Shown: positions 35,545 through 45,319 of the stretch, piece after piece | How the letters are laid out: each line of letters starts with the position of its first letter | Position numbering within the stretch: position 1 is the stretch's first letter | DNA from: Eubacteriales bacterium | GTDB taxonomy: Bacteria; Bacillota; Clostridia; Oscillospirales; CAG-272 | Assembly: GCA_045543555.1 (NCBI GenBank) | Contig: JAZQMQ010000020.1 | Location: 2,911 to 66,910, forward strand | Direction: 5' to 3' | DNA: 64,000 nt | Made by a program: the position numbers and the translations under genes | Notes under the pieces: model-generated | Told to the model about the DNA's origin: nothing | Databases searched by the model: none | The model's input: only the letters and a program-made list of their open reading frames with translations

Positions 35545-37380
35545 TTAGGTCTTATCCTCGTAATCAGCGTTGTAGTAGCCCTGACCGTTATCGCCCTGGT
35601 TTCCTCCCTGTGCATTGGGATCGAATCCCTGCGCATTGGGGTCGCCACCCTGTGCCTTATAGAGCTTCTCGGAAAGTGCATAGAATGCCTTTTCAAGAGC
35701 TTCTGTGTCAGCCTTGATTGCATCGGTATCATTACCCTTAAGGGTCTCCTTCAGCTTCTCAAGTGCCGCATTTACGTCTGCCTTATCGGAATCGGGGAGC
35801 TTATCGCCAATCTCGCCGAGAGTCTTCTCGGACTGGAATACGAGAGAATCTGCACGATTCTTGATTTCAACAGCTTCCTTAAGCTTCTTATCCTCCTCAG
35901 CAAACTTTTCCGCCTCACGAACTGCGCGATCAATGTCCTCCTTGGACATATTGGTGGAGGAGGTGATGGTGATGTGCTGCTCCTTACCGGTTCCCTTATC
36001 CATAGCGGATACGTTTACGATACCGTTAGCGTCGATGTCGAAGGTAACCTCGATCTGAGGCACTCCGCGGGGAGCAGAAGGAATACCGTCGAGGTGGAAG
36101 CGACCGAGGGTGGTGTTACCTGCAGCCATTTCTCTCTCACCCTGAAGGATGTGAATCTCAACGGAGGTCTGACCGTCAGCCGCGGTGGAGAACACCTGGC
36201 TCTTCTTTACGGGGATAGTGGTGTTTCTGTCTATGATCTTTGTGCAAACTCCACCGAGAGTCTCGATACCGAGAGAAAGGGGAGTAACGTCGAGAAGAAG
36301 AAGGTCCTTAACGTCGCCGCCGAGGACACCCGCCTGAATTGCGGCGCCTACAGCTACACATTCGTCGGGGTTGATGCCCTTGAAGGGATCCTTACCGATG
36401 AACTTCTTAACAGCTTCCTGAACCGCGGGAATTCTTGTGGAACCACCTACGAGAAGCACCTTATCGATCTGAGAAACGCTGATGCCTGCATCGGAAAGCG
36501 CCTTCTTTGTGGGGATCATGGATCTTTCAACAAGGTCAGCTGTGATACGGTCGAACTCAGCTCTTGTAAGGGTTGCGTCGAAGTGGAGAGGACCTGCAGC
36601 GGTTGCTGTGATGAAGGGGAGATTGATATTAGATGATGTCATACCGGAAAGCTCGATCTTTGCCTTCTCTGCAGCATCCTTAAGACGCTGAAGAACAGTC
36701 TTATCGTTGCGAAGATCTACGCCGTTTTCTGCACGGAACTTATCTGCCATCCAGTCAATGATTCTCTGGTCGAAGTCATCGCCGCCGAGGTGAGTATCAC
36801 CGTTTGTTGCAAGAACTTCGAAGACACCGTCGGAAATTTCGAGGATGGATACGTCGAATGTACCGCCTCCAAGGTCGAATACCATGATCTTCTGGTCAAC
36901 TTCCTTATCCATACCGTAAGCGAGAGCTGCCGCGGTAGGCTCGTTGATTATACGCATTACCTCAAGTCCTGCGATCTTACCCGCGTCCTTTGTTGCCTGA
37001 CGCTGTGCATCGGAGAAGTATGCGGGAACTGTAATTACAGCCTTGTTTACCTTAGTTCCGAGGTATGCTTCTGCATCAGCCTTAAGCTTCTGAAGAACCA
37101 TTGCGGAGATTTCCTGAGGAGTGTATGCCTTACCGTCAATGTTTACCTTATAATCGGTACCCATGTGACGCTTGATGGACATAACGGTCTTGTCGGGGTT
37201 TGTAATAGACTGACGCTTTGCAACCTGTCCGACAATTCTTTCGCCGGTCTTTGTAACAGCTACAACGGAAGGTGTAGTTCTTGCTCCCTCGGGATTGGGA
37301 ATTACAACGGGCTCTCCGCCCTCATATACTGCTACACATGAATTTGTAGTACCAAGGTCAATACCAATAATCTTTTCCAT
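35545..37380 (-). CDS. dnaK: molecular chaperone DnaK
   Basis: 611 aa. [18 protein letters not shown], canonical Hsp70. Confidence 0.97.
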   Translation of the reverse strand: MEKIIGIDLGTTNSCVAVYEGGEPVVIPNPEGARTTPSVVAVTKTGERIVGQVAKRQSITNPDKTVMSIKRHMGTDYKVNIDGKAYTPQEISAMVLQKLKADAEAYLGTKVNKAVITVPAYFSDAQRQATKDAGKIAGLEVMRIINEPTAAALAYGMDKEVDQKIMVFDLGGGTFDVSILEISDGVFEVLATNGDTHLGGDDFDQRIIDWMADKFRAENGVDLRNDKTVLQRLKDAAEKAKIELSGMTSSNINLPFITATAAGPLHFDATLTRAEFDRITADLVERSMIPTKKALSDAGISVSQIDKVLLVGGSTRIPAVQEAVKKFIGKDPFKGINPDECVAVGAAIQAGVLGGDVKDLLLLDVTPLSLGIETLGGVCTKIIDRNTTIPVKKSQVFSTAADGQTSVEIHILQGEREMAAGNTTLGRFHLDGIPSAPRGVPQIEVTFDIDANGIVNVSAMDKGTGKEQHITITSSTNMSKEDIDRAVREAEKFAEEDKKLKEAVEIKNRADSLVFQSEKTLGEIGDKLPDSDKADVNAALEKLKETLKGNDTDAIKADTEALEKAFYALSEKLYKAQGGDPNAQGFDPNAQGGNQGDNGQGYYNADYEDKT

Positions 37381-37419
37381 AATAAATTTCCTCCTAAAAG
37401 TAAATTGAAATATTTTAAA

Positions 37420-37956
37420 TCAGTTTGCTACCTTTACCATAGCATATCTTATGATTTTGTCACCTTTTTTATATCCCTTGAGAAGAACCTCTGCAATAAC
37501 GCTCTCTCCCATAGACTCATCGTCTACGTGAAGAACGGCATTGTGAAGATTGGGATCAAATTCTTCTCCCTCAACTCCGAATTCTTCTACACCAAGCTTA
37601 CCGAGTATTTCGGAGAACTTGTTGAGAGTCATATTAACGCCCTGTGAAAGCTGGCTTTCATCCGAATACTTGATCGCCATTTCAAGACTGTCCTTAATGG
37701 GAAGTATGCTGTTAAGAACATCGCTTACTGCGTCGTTATAAATTCCTTCCCTTTCCTTTTGAGCGCGTTTGCGGAAATTATCATATTCCGCCAAGGTTCT
37801 TAAATATCTGTCGTTTAATTCTTCAAGCGACTTATTTAACGCCTCATTTTCCTCACGAAGCTTCTTAACATCTTTTTTTTCCTTCTGAGGCTTTTCTTCC
37901 TTTTTTTCCTCAACGGTTTCCGCTACTTCGTTTTCTGTATTTACGTTTTCTTCCAC
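37420..37956 (-). CDS. grpE: nucleotide exchange factor GrpE
   Basis: 178 aa. The RTLAEYDNFRKRAQKE motif. Confidence 0.92.
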   Translation of the reverse strand: MEENVNTENEVAETVEEKKEEKPQKEKKDVKKLREENEALNKSLEELNDRYLRTLAEYDNFRKRAQKEREGIYNDAVSDVLNSILPIKDSLEMAIKYSDESQLSQGVNMTLNKFSEILGKLGVEEFGVEGEEFDPNLHNAVLHVDDESMGESVIAEVLLKGYKKGDKIIRYAMVKVAN

Positions 37957-37958
37957 GA

Positions 37959-39050
37959 TTAGATATCCTTTCGCTGATGTTCTGTTTGACCGTCACCTTC
38001 GGGCAGAGACGGCGTTGTGTTTAGCATTCCCGAAATATTTTGAGCAATATATTCAACGGTCGAAATGACCTTCGAATAATCCATTCGTCTCGGTCCTATG
38101 ATTCCGATAGCACCGACAACCTTCTCGCCAATCTTGATCTTCTGAAAGACCATTGTGGAATTTTTAAATTCTTCAAGTGAATTCTCAGATCCTATAAGCA
38201 CCTGAGGTCCATCCGAATCTGCATCGGATACAAGCTTCAGAATATCTCTTTTTTCTTCAAGCGCACCAAGAAGCTCTTTAAACTCCTTCGCATCGCTGAA
38301 TTCGGGATATTCGAGAAGATGATTTACTCCCGACATCTTAAGATCTCCGTTTTCGGGCTCGCCCAAAACCTCGCATACCGCTTTTATCGCCGGAGAAACT
38401 ATGCTCTCCCCTGCTCCGAACCCCCGTTCGATCTCCATAACCAGCGATACGGTTATCTCATCTACACTTCTGTTTGCAACCCTTACGTTAAGTGCCATCT
38501 CAAGCTTGCTTAAGATACCCTCGTCGATAGGCTCAGAGGTGTGGATCTGTGAAGTTCGTATGCTTCCCGATCCGTCGATCATAATCAGCATAAACTGATT
38601 TGGGGACAGAAGCACTGTCTTGAACTTGTCAACAACCGCGGTGCTTTGCTTAGGCTTTATAGCGATAGACGTATAATTTGTAAGTGTCGCCGCAAGACCC
38701 GTTGCCGTTTCAAGAAGTCTGTCGATCTCCGAGAGACGGCTCTTTGCAATAGCGTTCATTCGCGCAAGCTCGTTTTGGCTCATGCGGTACTTCTGCATAA
38801 GAGAATTTACGTAGAATCGGTAGCCTACCTCGGACGGAACTCTGCCCGCAGAGGCGTGCGGCTGTTCAAGATAACCGAGGGATTCAAGCTCTGCCATCTC
38901 GTTTCGGATGGTGGCGGGAGACAGGGATATCTGATTATTTTGAGTGAGGTATTTTGAGCCGACGGGCTCTCCCTCCTTGACGTGTGCCTCGATGATGGCT
39001 TTAAGTATCATCTTTTTTCGATCGTTAAGCTCGTTACCGTTTCTTGACAC
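37959..39050 (-). CDS. hrcA: heat-inducible transcription repressor HrcA
   Basis: I prefer the GTG at 39050 (VSRNGNELNDRKKMILKAIIEAHVKEGEPVGSKYL) because a GGGGTGA RBS precedes it. The longer track ORF would run through CIRCE. Confidence 0.9.
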   Translation of the reverse strand: MSRNGNELNDRKKMILKAIIEAHVKEGEPVGSKYLTQNNQISLSPATIRNEMAELESLGYLEQPHASAGRVPSEVGYRFYVNSLMQKYRMSQNELARMNAIAKSRLSEIDRLLETATGLAATLTNYTSIAIKPKQSTAVVDKFKTVLLSPNQFMLIMIDGSGSIRTSQIHTSEPIDEGILSKLEMALNVRVANRSVDEITVSLVMEIERGFGAGESIVSPAIKAVCEVLGEPENGDLKMSGVNHLLEYPEFSDAKEFKELLGALEEKRDILKLVSDADSDGPQVLIGSENSLEEFKNSTMVFQKIKIGEKVVGAIGIIGPRRMDYSKVISTVEYIAQNISGMLNTTPSLPEGDGQTEHQRKDI

Positions 39051-39076
39051 CCGTCTCACCCCTTTTCGTTGTATTT

Positions 39077-39103
39077 TTAGCACTCGCACATTCAGAGTGC
39101 TAA
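39077..39103. promoter_or_regulatory. CIRCE operator (HrcA binding site)
   Basis: TTAGCACTC-GCACATTCA-GAGTGCTAA, a perfect match to the consensus TTAGCACTC-N9-GAGTGCTAA, 12 nt downstream of the -10. Confidence 0.92.
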
Positions 39104-39114
39104 TCCACGGTACT

Positions 39115-39143
39115 AATATAACACTATTTTTACCCATTGTCAA
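39115..39143 (-). promoter_or_regulatory. sigma-A promoter of hrcA-grpE-dnaK-dnaJ
   Basis: Minus strand: TTGACA (39143-39138), 17 nt, TATATT (39120-39115). Confidence 0.65.
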
Positions 39144-39194
39144 GAACGAATTTAAGATTTTCTGTTAATAATTTGTAAATCCAAACGACAGAGT

Positions 39195-39222
39195 GCTAAA
39201 AAAAGCAGGGATCGCTCCCTGC
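39195..39222 (-). terminator. terminator of the 39758-39237 gene
   Basis: GCAGGGA-TCGC-TCCCTGC followed on the minus strand by TTTTTTT. Confidence 0.75.
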
Positions 39223-39236
39223 CTTCATTTTTCCAA

Positions 39237-39758
39237 TTATTTATTTTCAGTTCCCCGTTCAATATCCCTGATCCGTCTTTTGGTATCGATCATCTTCCAC
39301 ACCGTACCGATCACGAAAAGCACCGCGATCGCCACGATCAATATCGTGTCGCTTTTAACGGATTCGGATTTTTCCCAGCTTATCTCCATCAAAAAATAAC
39401 GGTAGAAGAACACCCCGTAAAGTATGTCGTAGGCGAGGGATATTATGAGGTTGCTTCTAAACGATCCCTTTACCGCTTCGACGTCATTCGTTCTTTTACG
39501 GTCAAAACAATATGACAATATCAAAGCAATCACCGTAAATACGGGCACGAACAAAGCAGATGACATCAAAAACGCCCGATCAACGTAAAAAGATAGCAAG
39601 ACCTCAAGCACCGAAAGAGTGAAATGAAGTGCCTCAACGATAAGCATCTCGAGCATCAAGTATTTGAAGGCTCCTTCAACGACCCGCAGCCTCTTATATG
39701 CGAAGGCGTCTATGCACCTCACGGCAAGGAGCATCGCAAAATTCGGCAAGATAAACAT
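39237..39758 (-). CDS. hypothetical polytopic membrane protein
   Basis: 173 aa with four or five hydrophobic segments. No recognisable motif. Confidence 0.55.
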   Translation of the reverse strand: MFILPNFAMLLAVRCIDAFAYKRLRVVEGAFKYLMLEMLIVEALHFTLSVLEVLLSFYVDRAFLMSSALFVPVFTVIALILSYCFDRKRTNDVEAVKGSFRSNLIISLAYDILYGVFFYRYFLMEISWEKSESVKSDTILIVAIAVLFVIGTVWKMIDTKRRIRDIERGTENK

Positions 39759-39941
39759 CCAGAAAATATTACTAACTCAAGAAAATCGTCATTGATAAGC
39801 ATTTTGACACCGTCCTTTCATTATATTCCATCTCAATTATAGCATATCGAGCACCGAAAAAAATACAGTTTTGATATTTTCCCGAAGTTTGTATATATGC
39901 ACAAATCCGCCCCTGCAATTTTGTGCAACATTACCTTGAGC

Positions 39942-39982
39942 AAAAAGTCGGGCTCCCTCTCCGATAAAGGAGGGGGAGCCCC
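39942..39982 (-). terminator. terminator of the MarR-ABC exporter operon
   Basis: GGGCTCCCTCTCC-loop-GGAGGGGGAGCCC followed on the minus strand by GACTTTTTG. Confidence 0.7.
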
Positions 39983-40001
39983 AACATTCGTTTGTTTTAT
40001 A

Positions 40002-41969
40002 TCATTCAAGCTCGAAGGCACCCGTGTAGAGACGGTAATAGGTTCCCTTCTCTGCTATGAGCTTTTCGTGGTTGCCGCGCTCGATTATACGTCCCTGATC
40101 GAGAACCATTATAACGTCGGAATCACGGACTGTTGACAGACGGTGAGCGATGACAAACACCGTTCTGCCCTCCATAAGCTTATCCATTCCTCGCTGAACG
40201 ATTGCCTCTGTTCTTGTATCGATAGAGGAGGTCGCCTCATCGAGTATCAGGCAGGGCGGGTCCGCAACTGCTGCACGGGCGATGGAAATAAGCTGACGCT
40301 GACCCTGCGAAAGATTTGCGCCGTTATTTGTAAGCTGTGTATTATAGCCCTCGGGCAGACGGGTGATAAAGTCGTCTGCTCCCGCAAGCTTTGCCGCTTC
40401 TATACACTCCTCGTCGGTTGCGTCGAGGTTTCCGTATCTTATATTCTCCATAACGCTTCCCGTAAAGAGGTTTACGTCCTGAAGAACTATACCAAGTGAA
40501 CGGCGGAGGTCGGATTTTTTAATCTTGTTAATGTTTATACCGTCATATCTTATCTTACCGTCTGCAATATCGTAGAAGCGGTTGATAAGATTGGTAATAG
40601 TAGTCTTACCCGCACCTGTAGCACCGACGAAGGCAACCTTCTGACCGGGTTCGGCATAAACGGAAACGTCATACAAGACCTGCTTACCATCTACGTATCC
40701 GAAATCGACATTCTCCATTCTCACGTCACCGCGAAGAAGAGTATAGGTAACGGTACCGTCTCCGTGAGGATGCTTCCAAGCCCATTTACCTGTATGCTTA
40801 ACAGTTTCGGTGATGGTTCCGTCCTCGCCGATTTTAGCATTTACGAGAGTAACGTAACCGTTGTCGTCCTCGGGAATCTGATCCATAAGCTCAAAGATAC
40901 GCTCCGCGCCTGCAAGACCCATTACGATACTGTTTATCTGCTGGGAGAAAGTGTTTACGTTACCCGTGAACTGCTTGGTCATATTGAGGAAAGGAACCAC
41001 AATATCTACGCTGAATGGCAAAGCCATCAGCCCTCCCGCAGTGATCAGACCTCTTAAGCTGGGGTTTGCAATATTTGAAACAAGGAACAGACCGCCGACA
41101 GTCGCACAGATAACGTAGAGCATATTACCTATATTCATAATGATGGGTCCGAGGCAGTTTGCATAGGCGTGAGCACGGTAGCTGTCGTTGTACAGCTCAT
41201 TATTTATCTCGTCAAAGTCTTCCTTGACGTGCTTCTCACGGTTGAACACCTTTATAACCTTCTGTCCGTTCATCATTTCCTGAACGAAGCCCTCGTTCTT
41301 ACCCATAGCCTTCTGCTGACGTATGAAGAACTTGGCTGACCCTCCTCCGATCTTGCCCGAAATGAGCATCATCAGAGCAACTCCAAGAACGACCACGAGA
41401 GTCATCCACACGCTGTACCAAAGCATGATCGAAAGAACGGACACAACAACCACCGCGGACTGAAGTATCGAGGGGATCGATTGAGACACGAGCTGACGCA
41501 GTGCGTCTATATCGTTTGTATAATAGCTCATTATGTCGCCGTGCTTGTTAGTGTCGAAATATTTTATGGGAAGATTCTGCATTCCGTCGAACATTTTTTT
41601 CCTCATCTTATTGAGGAAGCCCTGCGTGATTACCGCCATAAGCTGATTGTAGAGGGTAATGCAGGCAAGGGACAGCACGTAGAGCCCGACAAGTATCAGC
41701 ACAAGAGGAATGATCTCCTTTGATGCCGACACCCAGTCTCTGTTTCCGCTCTTAAAGTATCTTGTGATAACCTCAAGGACCTTCTGCTGAAAGACTGCAG
41801 GAATCGATGCAACCACGGATGCAAAAATGATACTCACCGCAGTTACGGGAAGAAGAACGGGATATGCTTTAAACAAAAGCTTCATCAATCTTCCGAGGGA
41901 TTTGAAATTTATCTTACGTCCGCCGGGACCGGGTACACCCTTTGGGGGTCTCTTATTCATTCTCCTCAC
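40002..41969 (-). CDS. ABC exporter, fused permease/ATPase (heterodimer partner 2)
   Basis: 655 aa. Six-helix TMD, Walker A GATGAGKTT, LSQGQRQ, ILDEATS. There is an insertion of about 40 aa (GYVTLVNAKIGEDGTITETVKHTGKWAWKHPHGDGTVTY) at the start of the NBD. Confidence 0.9.
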   Translation of the reverse strand: MRRMNKRPPKGVPGPGGRKINFKSLGRLMKLLFKAYPVLLPVTAVSIIFASVVASIPAVFQQKVLEVITRYFKSGNRDWVSASKEIIPLVLILVGLYVLSLACITLYNQLMAVITQGFLNKMRKKMFDGMQNLPIKYFDTNKHGDIMSYYTNDIDALRQLVSQSIPSILQSAVVVVSVLSIMLWYSVWMTLVVVLGVALMMLISGKIGGGSAKFFIRQQKAMGKNEGFVQEMMNGQKVIKVFNREKHVKEDFDEINNELYNDSYRAHAYANCLGPIIMNIGNMLYVICATVGGLFLVSNIANPSLRGLITAGGLMALPFSVDIVVPFLNMTKQFTGNVNTFSQQINSIVMGLAGAERIFELMDQIPEDDNGYVTLVNAKIGEDGTITETVKHTGKWAWKHPHGDGTVTYTLLRGDVRMENVDFGYVDGKQVLYDVSVYAEPGQKVAFVGATGAGKTTITNLINRFYDIADGKIRYDGININKIKKSDLRRSLGIVLQDVNLFTGSVMENIRYGNLDATDEECIEAAKLAGADDFITRLPEGYNTQLTNNGANLSQGQRQLISIARAAVADPPCLILDEATSSIDTRTEAIVQRGMDKLMEGRTVFVIAHRLSTVRDSDVIMVLDQGRIIERGNHEKLIAEKGTYYRLYTGAFELE

Positions 41970-43704
41970 CTCCGTTCACCTGCTGATCGTAGATCTCTCT
42001 GTAAATATCGCTGGTCTCCATAAGCTCGTTATGGTTACCAATAGAAGCGATCCTTCCGTTTTCGAGGACGATGATAAGGTCTGCGTCCTGAACAGATGCG
42101 ATACGCTGAGCGATGATTATCTTCGTTGTCTGCGGAATGTACTTCTTGAAAGAAGCTCTGATTATAGCGTCGGTACGCATATCGACCGCCGAAGTAGAGT
42201 CGTCAAGAATGAGTATCTTCGGCTTCTTAAGCAGTGCTCTCGCAATACAAAGCCGCTGCTTCTGTCCACCCGACACGTTTGTTCCACCCTGCTCTATCTT
42301 TGTGTCGTAGCCGTCGGGGAAGGTGCTCACAAATTCATCTGCGCAGGCAAGCTTGCATGCCTCAATAAGCTCCTCGTCGGTAGCGTTTTCATTACCCCAA
42401 CGGAGATTTTCCTTAATGGTTCCCGAGAAAAGAAGATTCTTCTGAAGCACCATCGCAACGGAATCTCTTAGAGGCTTGATACCGTACTCACGGACGTCGA
42501 CTCCGCCAACCTTGACGCTGCCCTCCGTCACGTCGTAAAGACGGGGGATAAGCTGAACGAGAGTGGTTTTTGAGGAGCCCGTTCCGCCGAGGATTCCGAC
42601 GGTCATACCCGATCTTATATCAAGGTTTATGTTCTCAAGAGCGAATTTTTCGGCACCGGACGAATACTTGAAGGACACGTTATCGAAAACTATGGAGCCG
42701 TCCTTGACCTCGGTTACTGCATTTTCGGGGTCTGTAAGGGCAGGAGTCTCGGAGAGCACCTCACCTATACGCTTGATGGACTCGCCCGACATAGTGAGCA
42801 TAACGTAGATCATCGAAAGCATCATAAGCTGCATAAGCACCATCATGCCGTAAGTAAGCATCATCGAGATAGAGCCGAGACCGAGGGTCTTTCCGCCGCT
42901 TTCGATAATGAGCTTTGAGCCGATGACAAGGATGAATATCAGGTTGAAATACATGCATATCTGCATTATGGGAGAGTTAAGAGCAACTATTCTTTCAGCA
43001 CGTGTGAAGTCGTGGCAGATATCGTCTGCGGCTGAAGCAAACTTCTTCTTCTCGTGCTCCTCTCTTGAGAAGCCCTTGACCACTCTCATGCCGCGAACGT
43101 TTTCCTCAATGCTCTCATTCAGGCGGTCGTACTTACGGAATACCGCGCGGAATGCGGGCATCGCCTTTCTCGCAATAAGCAATAGACCCGTAATGAGCAC
43201 CGGAATAACGACCACGAAACCAAGGGCAAGGCTCTTACCCTGCGAAAACGCCATTATTACAGCAAAGATCAGAAGCAGTGGCGAACGAACTGCAATTCTG
43301 ATAATCATCATAAACGCCATCTGAGCGTTTGATACGTCAGTGGTCATTCTCGTAACGAGGGATGTTGAAGAGAATTTGTCGATATTTTCGAAGGAATAAT
43401 CCTGTATCTTATGGAACATATCGTGCCGAACATTTTTAGCGAAGCCCGCGGACGCCTTAGCGCAGGTTATCGCTGCGATACCACCGAAGCAGAGCGATAT
43501 AAGCGCCAGGATAACAAGCCTTAGACCGTATTTCAGTATCTCATTCATATCGGCGCCACCGTTTTGGATAACGTCTATAAGATCCTTAGTGACCGCGGGG
43601 ATAAATACCTCGATGACCGCTTCGCCCGTTATGAATATGAGTGTAAGGATCGCGGGAAGCTTATATTCTCTTACACATTTCAAGAGCAGCTTAATATTCT
43701 TCAT
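41953..43704 (-). CDS. ABC exporter, fused permease/ATPase (heterodimer partner 1)
   Basis: 583 aa. Walker A GGTGSSKTT, VSGGQKQR, ILDDSTS. Confidence 0.9.
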   Translation of the reverse strand: MKNIKLLLKCVREYKLPAILTLIFITGEAVIEVFIPAVTKDLIDVIQNGGADMNEILKYGLRLVILALISLCFGGIAAITCAKASAGFAKNVRHDMFHKIQDYSFENIDKFSSTSLVTRMTTDVSNAQMAFMMIIRIAVRSPLLLIFAVIMAFSQGKSLALGFVVVIPVLITGLLLIARKAMPAFRAVFRKYDRLNESIEENVRGMRVVKGFSREEHEKKKFASAADDICHDFTRAERIVALNSPIMQICMYFNLIFILVIGSKLIIESGGKTLGLGSISMMLTYGMMVLMQLMMLSMIYVMLTMSGESIKRIGEVLSETPALTDPENAVTEVKDGSIVFDNVSFKYSSGAEKFALENINLDIRSGMTVGILGGTGSSKTTLVQLIPRLYDVTEGSVKVGGVDVREYGIKPLRDSVAMVLQKNLLFSGTIKENLRWGNENATDEELIEACKLACADEFVSTFPDGYDTKIEQGGTNVSGGQKQRLCIARALLKKPKILILDDSTSAVDMRTDAIIRASFKKYIPQTTKIIIAQRIASVQDADLIIVLENGRIASIGNHNELMETSDIYREIYDQQVNGGEENE

Positions 43705-43717
43705 TTTTTCTCCTTTT

Positions 43718-44152
43718 TTAGTCGAGATTTGAACCTATCTTTTCAGATAGCCTTATGAATTCGGCAATTTCTTCATCACTCAGATTTTCCTTTAATCTCT
43801 TTTCAAGACCGTCGATGCATTTTCTCATTCTCTCCTGCTTTTCAACAGCGGTGGGAGTGAGTATCAGCTTTTTGAGTCGCTTATCAGATGCGACCTCCTC
43901 CTTTACGATAAGTCCGTTTTTCTCCATTAACTGAAGAATACTCGTCATCGTTGAACGGCGCACGGAAAATCTCGATTCAAGATCCTTCTGGAATACGTCT
44001 TTATCCTTATTTTCGTAAAGATAACGTATTACCCAGCTTTGAACCGGTGTAGTTGCATCTCCGAACTCGTTTGCATTTATCGATGCGACAGCTCTTCCTA
44101 TCTTATTATTAAGGCAACGAACTACTATACCGATATGCTTATCTTTGTTCAA
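43718..44152 (-). CDS. MarR-family transcriptional regulator
   Basis: 144 aa. TTG start with GGAGG upstream. Winged-helix region DLESRFSVRRSTMTSILQLMEKNGLI. Confidence 0.85.
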   Translation of the reverse strand: MNKDKHIGIVVRCLNNKIGRAVASINANEFGDATTPVQSWVIRYLYENKDKDVFQKDLESRFSVRRSTMTSILQLMEKNGLIVKEEVASDKRLKKLILTPTAVEKQERMRKCIDGLEKRLKENLSDEEIAEFIRLSEKIGSNLD

Positions 44153-44189
44153 TTACACAGCCTCCGATTGTTAGATTTCGTACTTTTTT

Positions 44190-44203
44190 GTTAGCGCCCT
44201 AAC
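44190..44203. promoter_or_regulatory. MarR operator candidate
   Basis: GTTAG-CGCC-CTAAC palindrome immediately downstream of the marR -10. Confidence 0.5.
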
Positions 44204-44232
44204 ATTATACATTTTTTAATACGCAATGTCAA
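44204..44232 (-). promoter_or_regulatory. sigma-A promoter of marR-ABC operon
   Basis: Minus strand: TTGACA (44232-44227), 17 nt, TATAAT (44209-44204). Confidence 0.6.
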
Positions 44233-44282
44233 TGTGAAAATGGCATAAATTTTATAAATTTATGTTAATTTTTAAAATGTTA

Positions 44283-44311
44283 TTGACGGAAAAGCTATTT
44301 CGTAATATACT
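44283..44311 (+). promoter_or_regulatory. candidate promoter of znuA
   Basis: TTGACG, 17 nt, TATACT. Confidence 0.5.
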
Positions 44312-44341
44312 GTATCCAGCAAATCAGATAGGTGATACGTA

Positions 44342-45265
44342 ATGAAAAAAATAATTGCTTCAGTTCTGAGCATAATGATGCTCATTTCGCTTTTTGCATG
44401 TGGCGCAAGATCAAATATCAGTGAAAAATCGGTCGTTACTACCTGCTTCCCGATATACGATATCGCTAATTCTCTTCTGGAAAATGATGCGAACGTAATT
44501 CTTCTTCTAAAGCCCGGTCAAGACAGCCATTCGTACGATCCTTCCGCAAAGGATATTGTAAAAATAAAAAACTGCGACGTTTTTCTTTGCATCGGCGGTA
44601 AGGACGAAAAATGGGTAAAAACTCTGCTCTCGGGAAAAGACATGAAGGATGTCAATGCACTTTCTCTCATCAATGCCGTGCCTCCCATCGCATTTGAAGA
44701 AGGTCACGACAGCAACGACGGACACGATCACTCCCACGAATACGACGAGCATATATGGACGTCTCCAAAAAATATGCTCATTATGCTCCAAACGATAAAA
44801 ACAAGTCTCATTTCCGCTTATCCGGAGCTTGAAACGGCAATAAACGAAAGAGCCGAAGCATATTCGGAGAAGCTTAAAAGCATTGATACCCAGCTCACCA
44901 CCGTTGTCGCAAATGCGGAACGCAAGACCGTAATTTTCGGTGACCGTTTTCCCTTTCTGCACCTGTTCACCGACTACGGAATTGAATATTCCGCGGCATA
45001 TCCCGGTTGCTCCGAAATGACCGAACCGTCAGCGGCAACCGTAGCAGAGCTGATCAACAAGATCAAGGCAGAAAATATACCCGCAGTTTTCAAAACTCAG
45101 CTCTCAAACGGCAGAATCGCCGAAGCGATTGCAGAGCAGACAGATGCCGAAATTTTCGTTCTTCATTCACTTGCCACACTCACCAAGGACGAATGGGAAA
45201 GAAATGAAACGTATTACTCAATAATGACAAAAAATATAGAAGCATTGCAATCGGCTCTGGATTAA
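44342..45265 (+). CDS. znuA: metal (zinc-type) ABC transporter substrate-binding lipoprotein
   Basis: 307 aa. Lipobox LFAC. His/Asp-rich loop EEGHDSNDGHDHSHEYDEH typical of Zn-specific cluster A-I SBPs. Confidence 0.85.
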   Translation: MKKIIASVLSIMMLISLFACGARSNISEKSVVTTCFPIYDIANSLLENDANVILLLKPGQDSHSYDPSAKDIVKIKNCDVFLCIGGKDEKWVKTLLSGKDMKDVNALSLINAVPPIAFEEGHDSNDGHDHSHEYDEHIWTSPKNMLIMLQTIKTSLISAYPELETAINERAEAYSEKLKSIDTQLTTVVANAERKTVIFGDRFPFLHLFTDYGIEYSAAYPGCSEMTEPSAATVAELINKIKAENIPAVFKTQLSNGRIAEAIAEQTDAEIFVLHSLATLTKDEWERNETYYSIMTKNIEALQSALD

Positions 45266-45319
45266 AAACGATACTACAATAGATTATCTAAAAACATTTG
45301 TTCGTGAAAGGAGAGGACT

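Noticed and set aside
35496-35732. 78-aa ORF overlapping the dnaK 3' end and the dnaK-dnaJ spacer.
   Set aside because: It is an alternative frame of dnaK and has no independent support.
44244-44264. CATAAATTT-TAT-AAATTTATG palindrome upstream of znuA as a second Zur box.
   Set aside because: It has no sequence similarity to the znuCB operator or to Fur/Zur consensus cores. It is composed only of A/T in an AT-rich spacer, so chance is plausible. I kept it only as a remark in the zinc finding.
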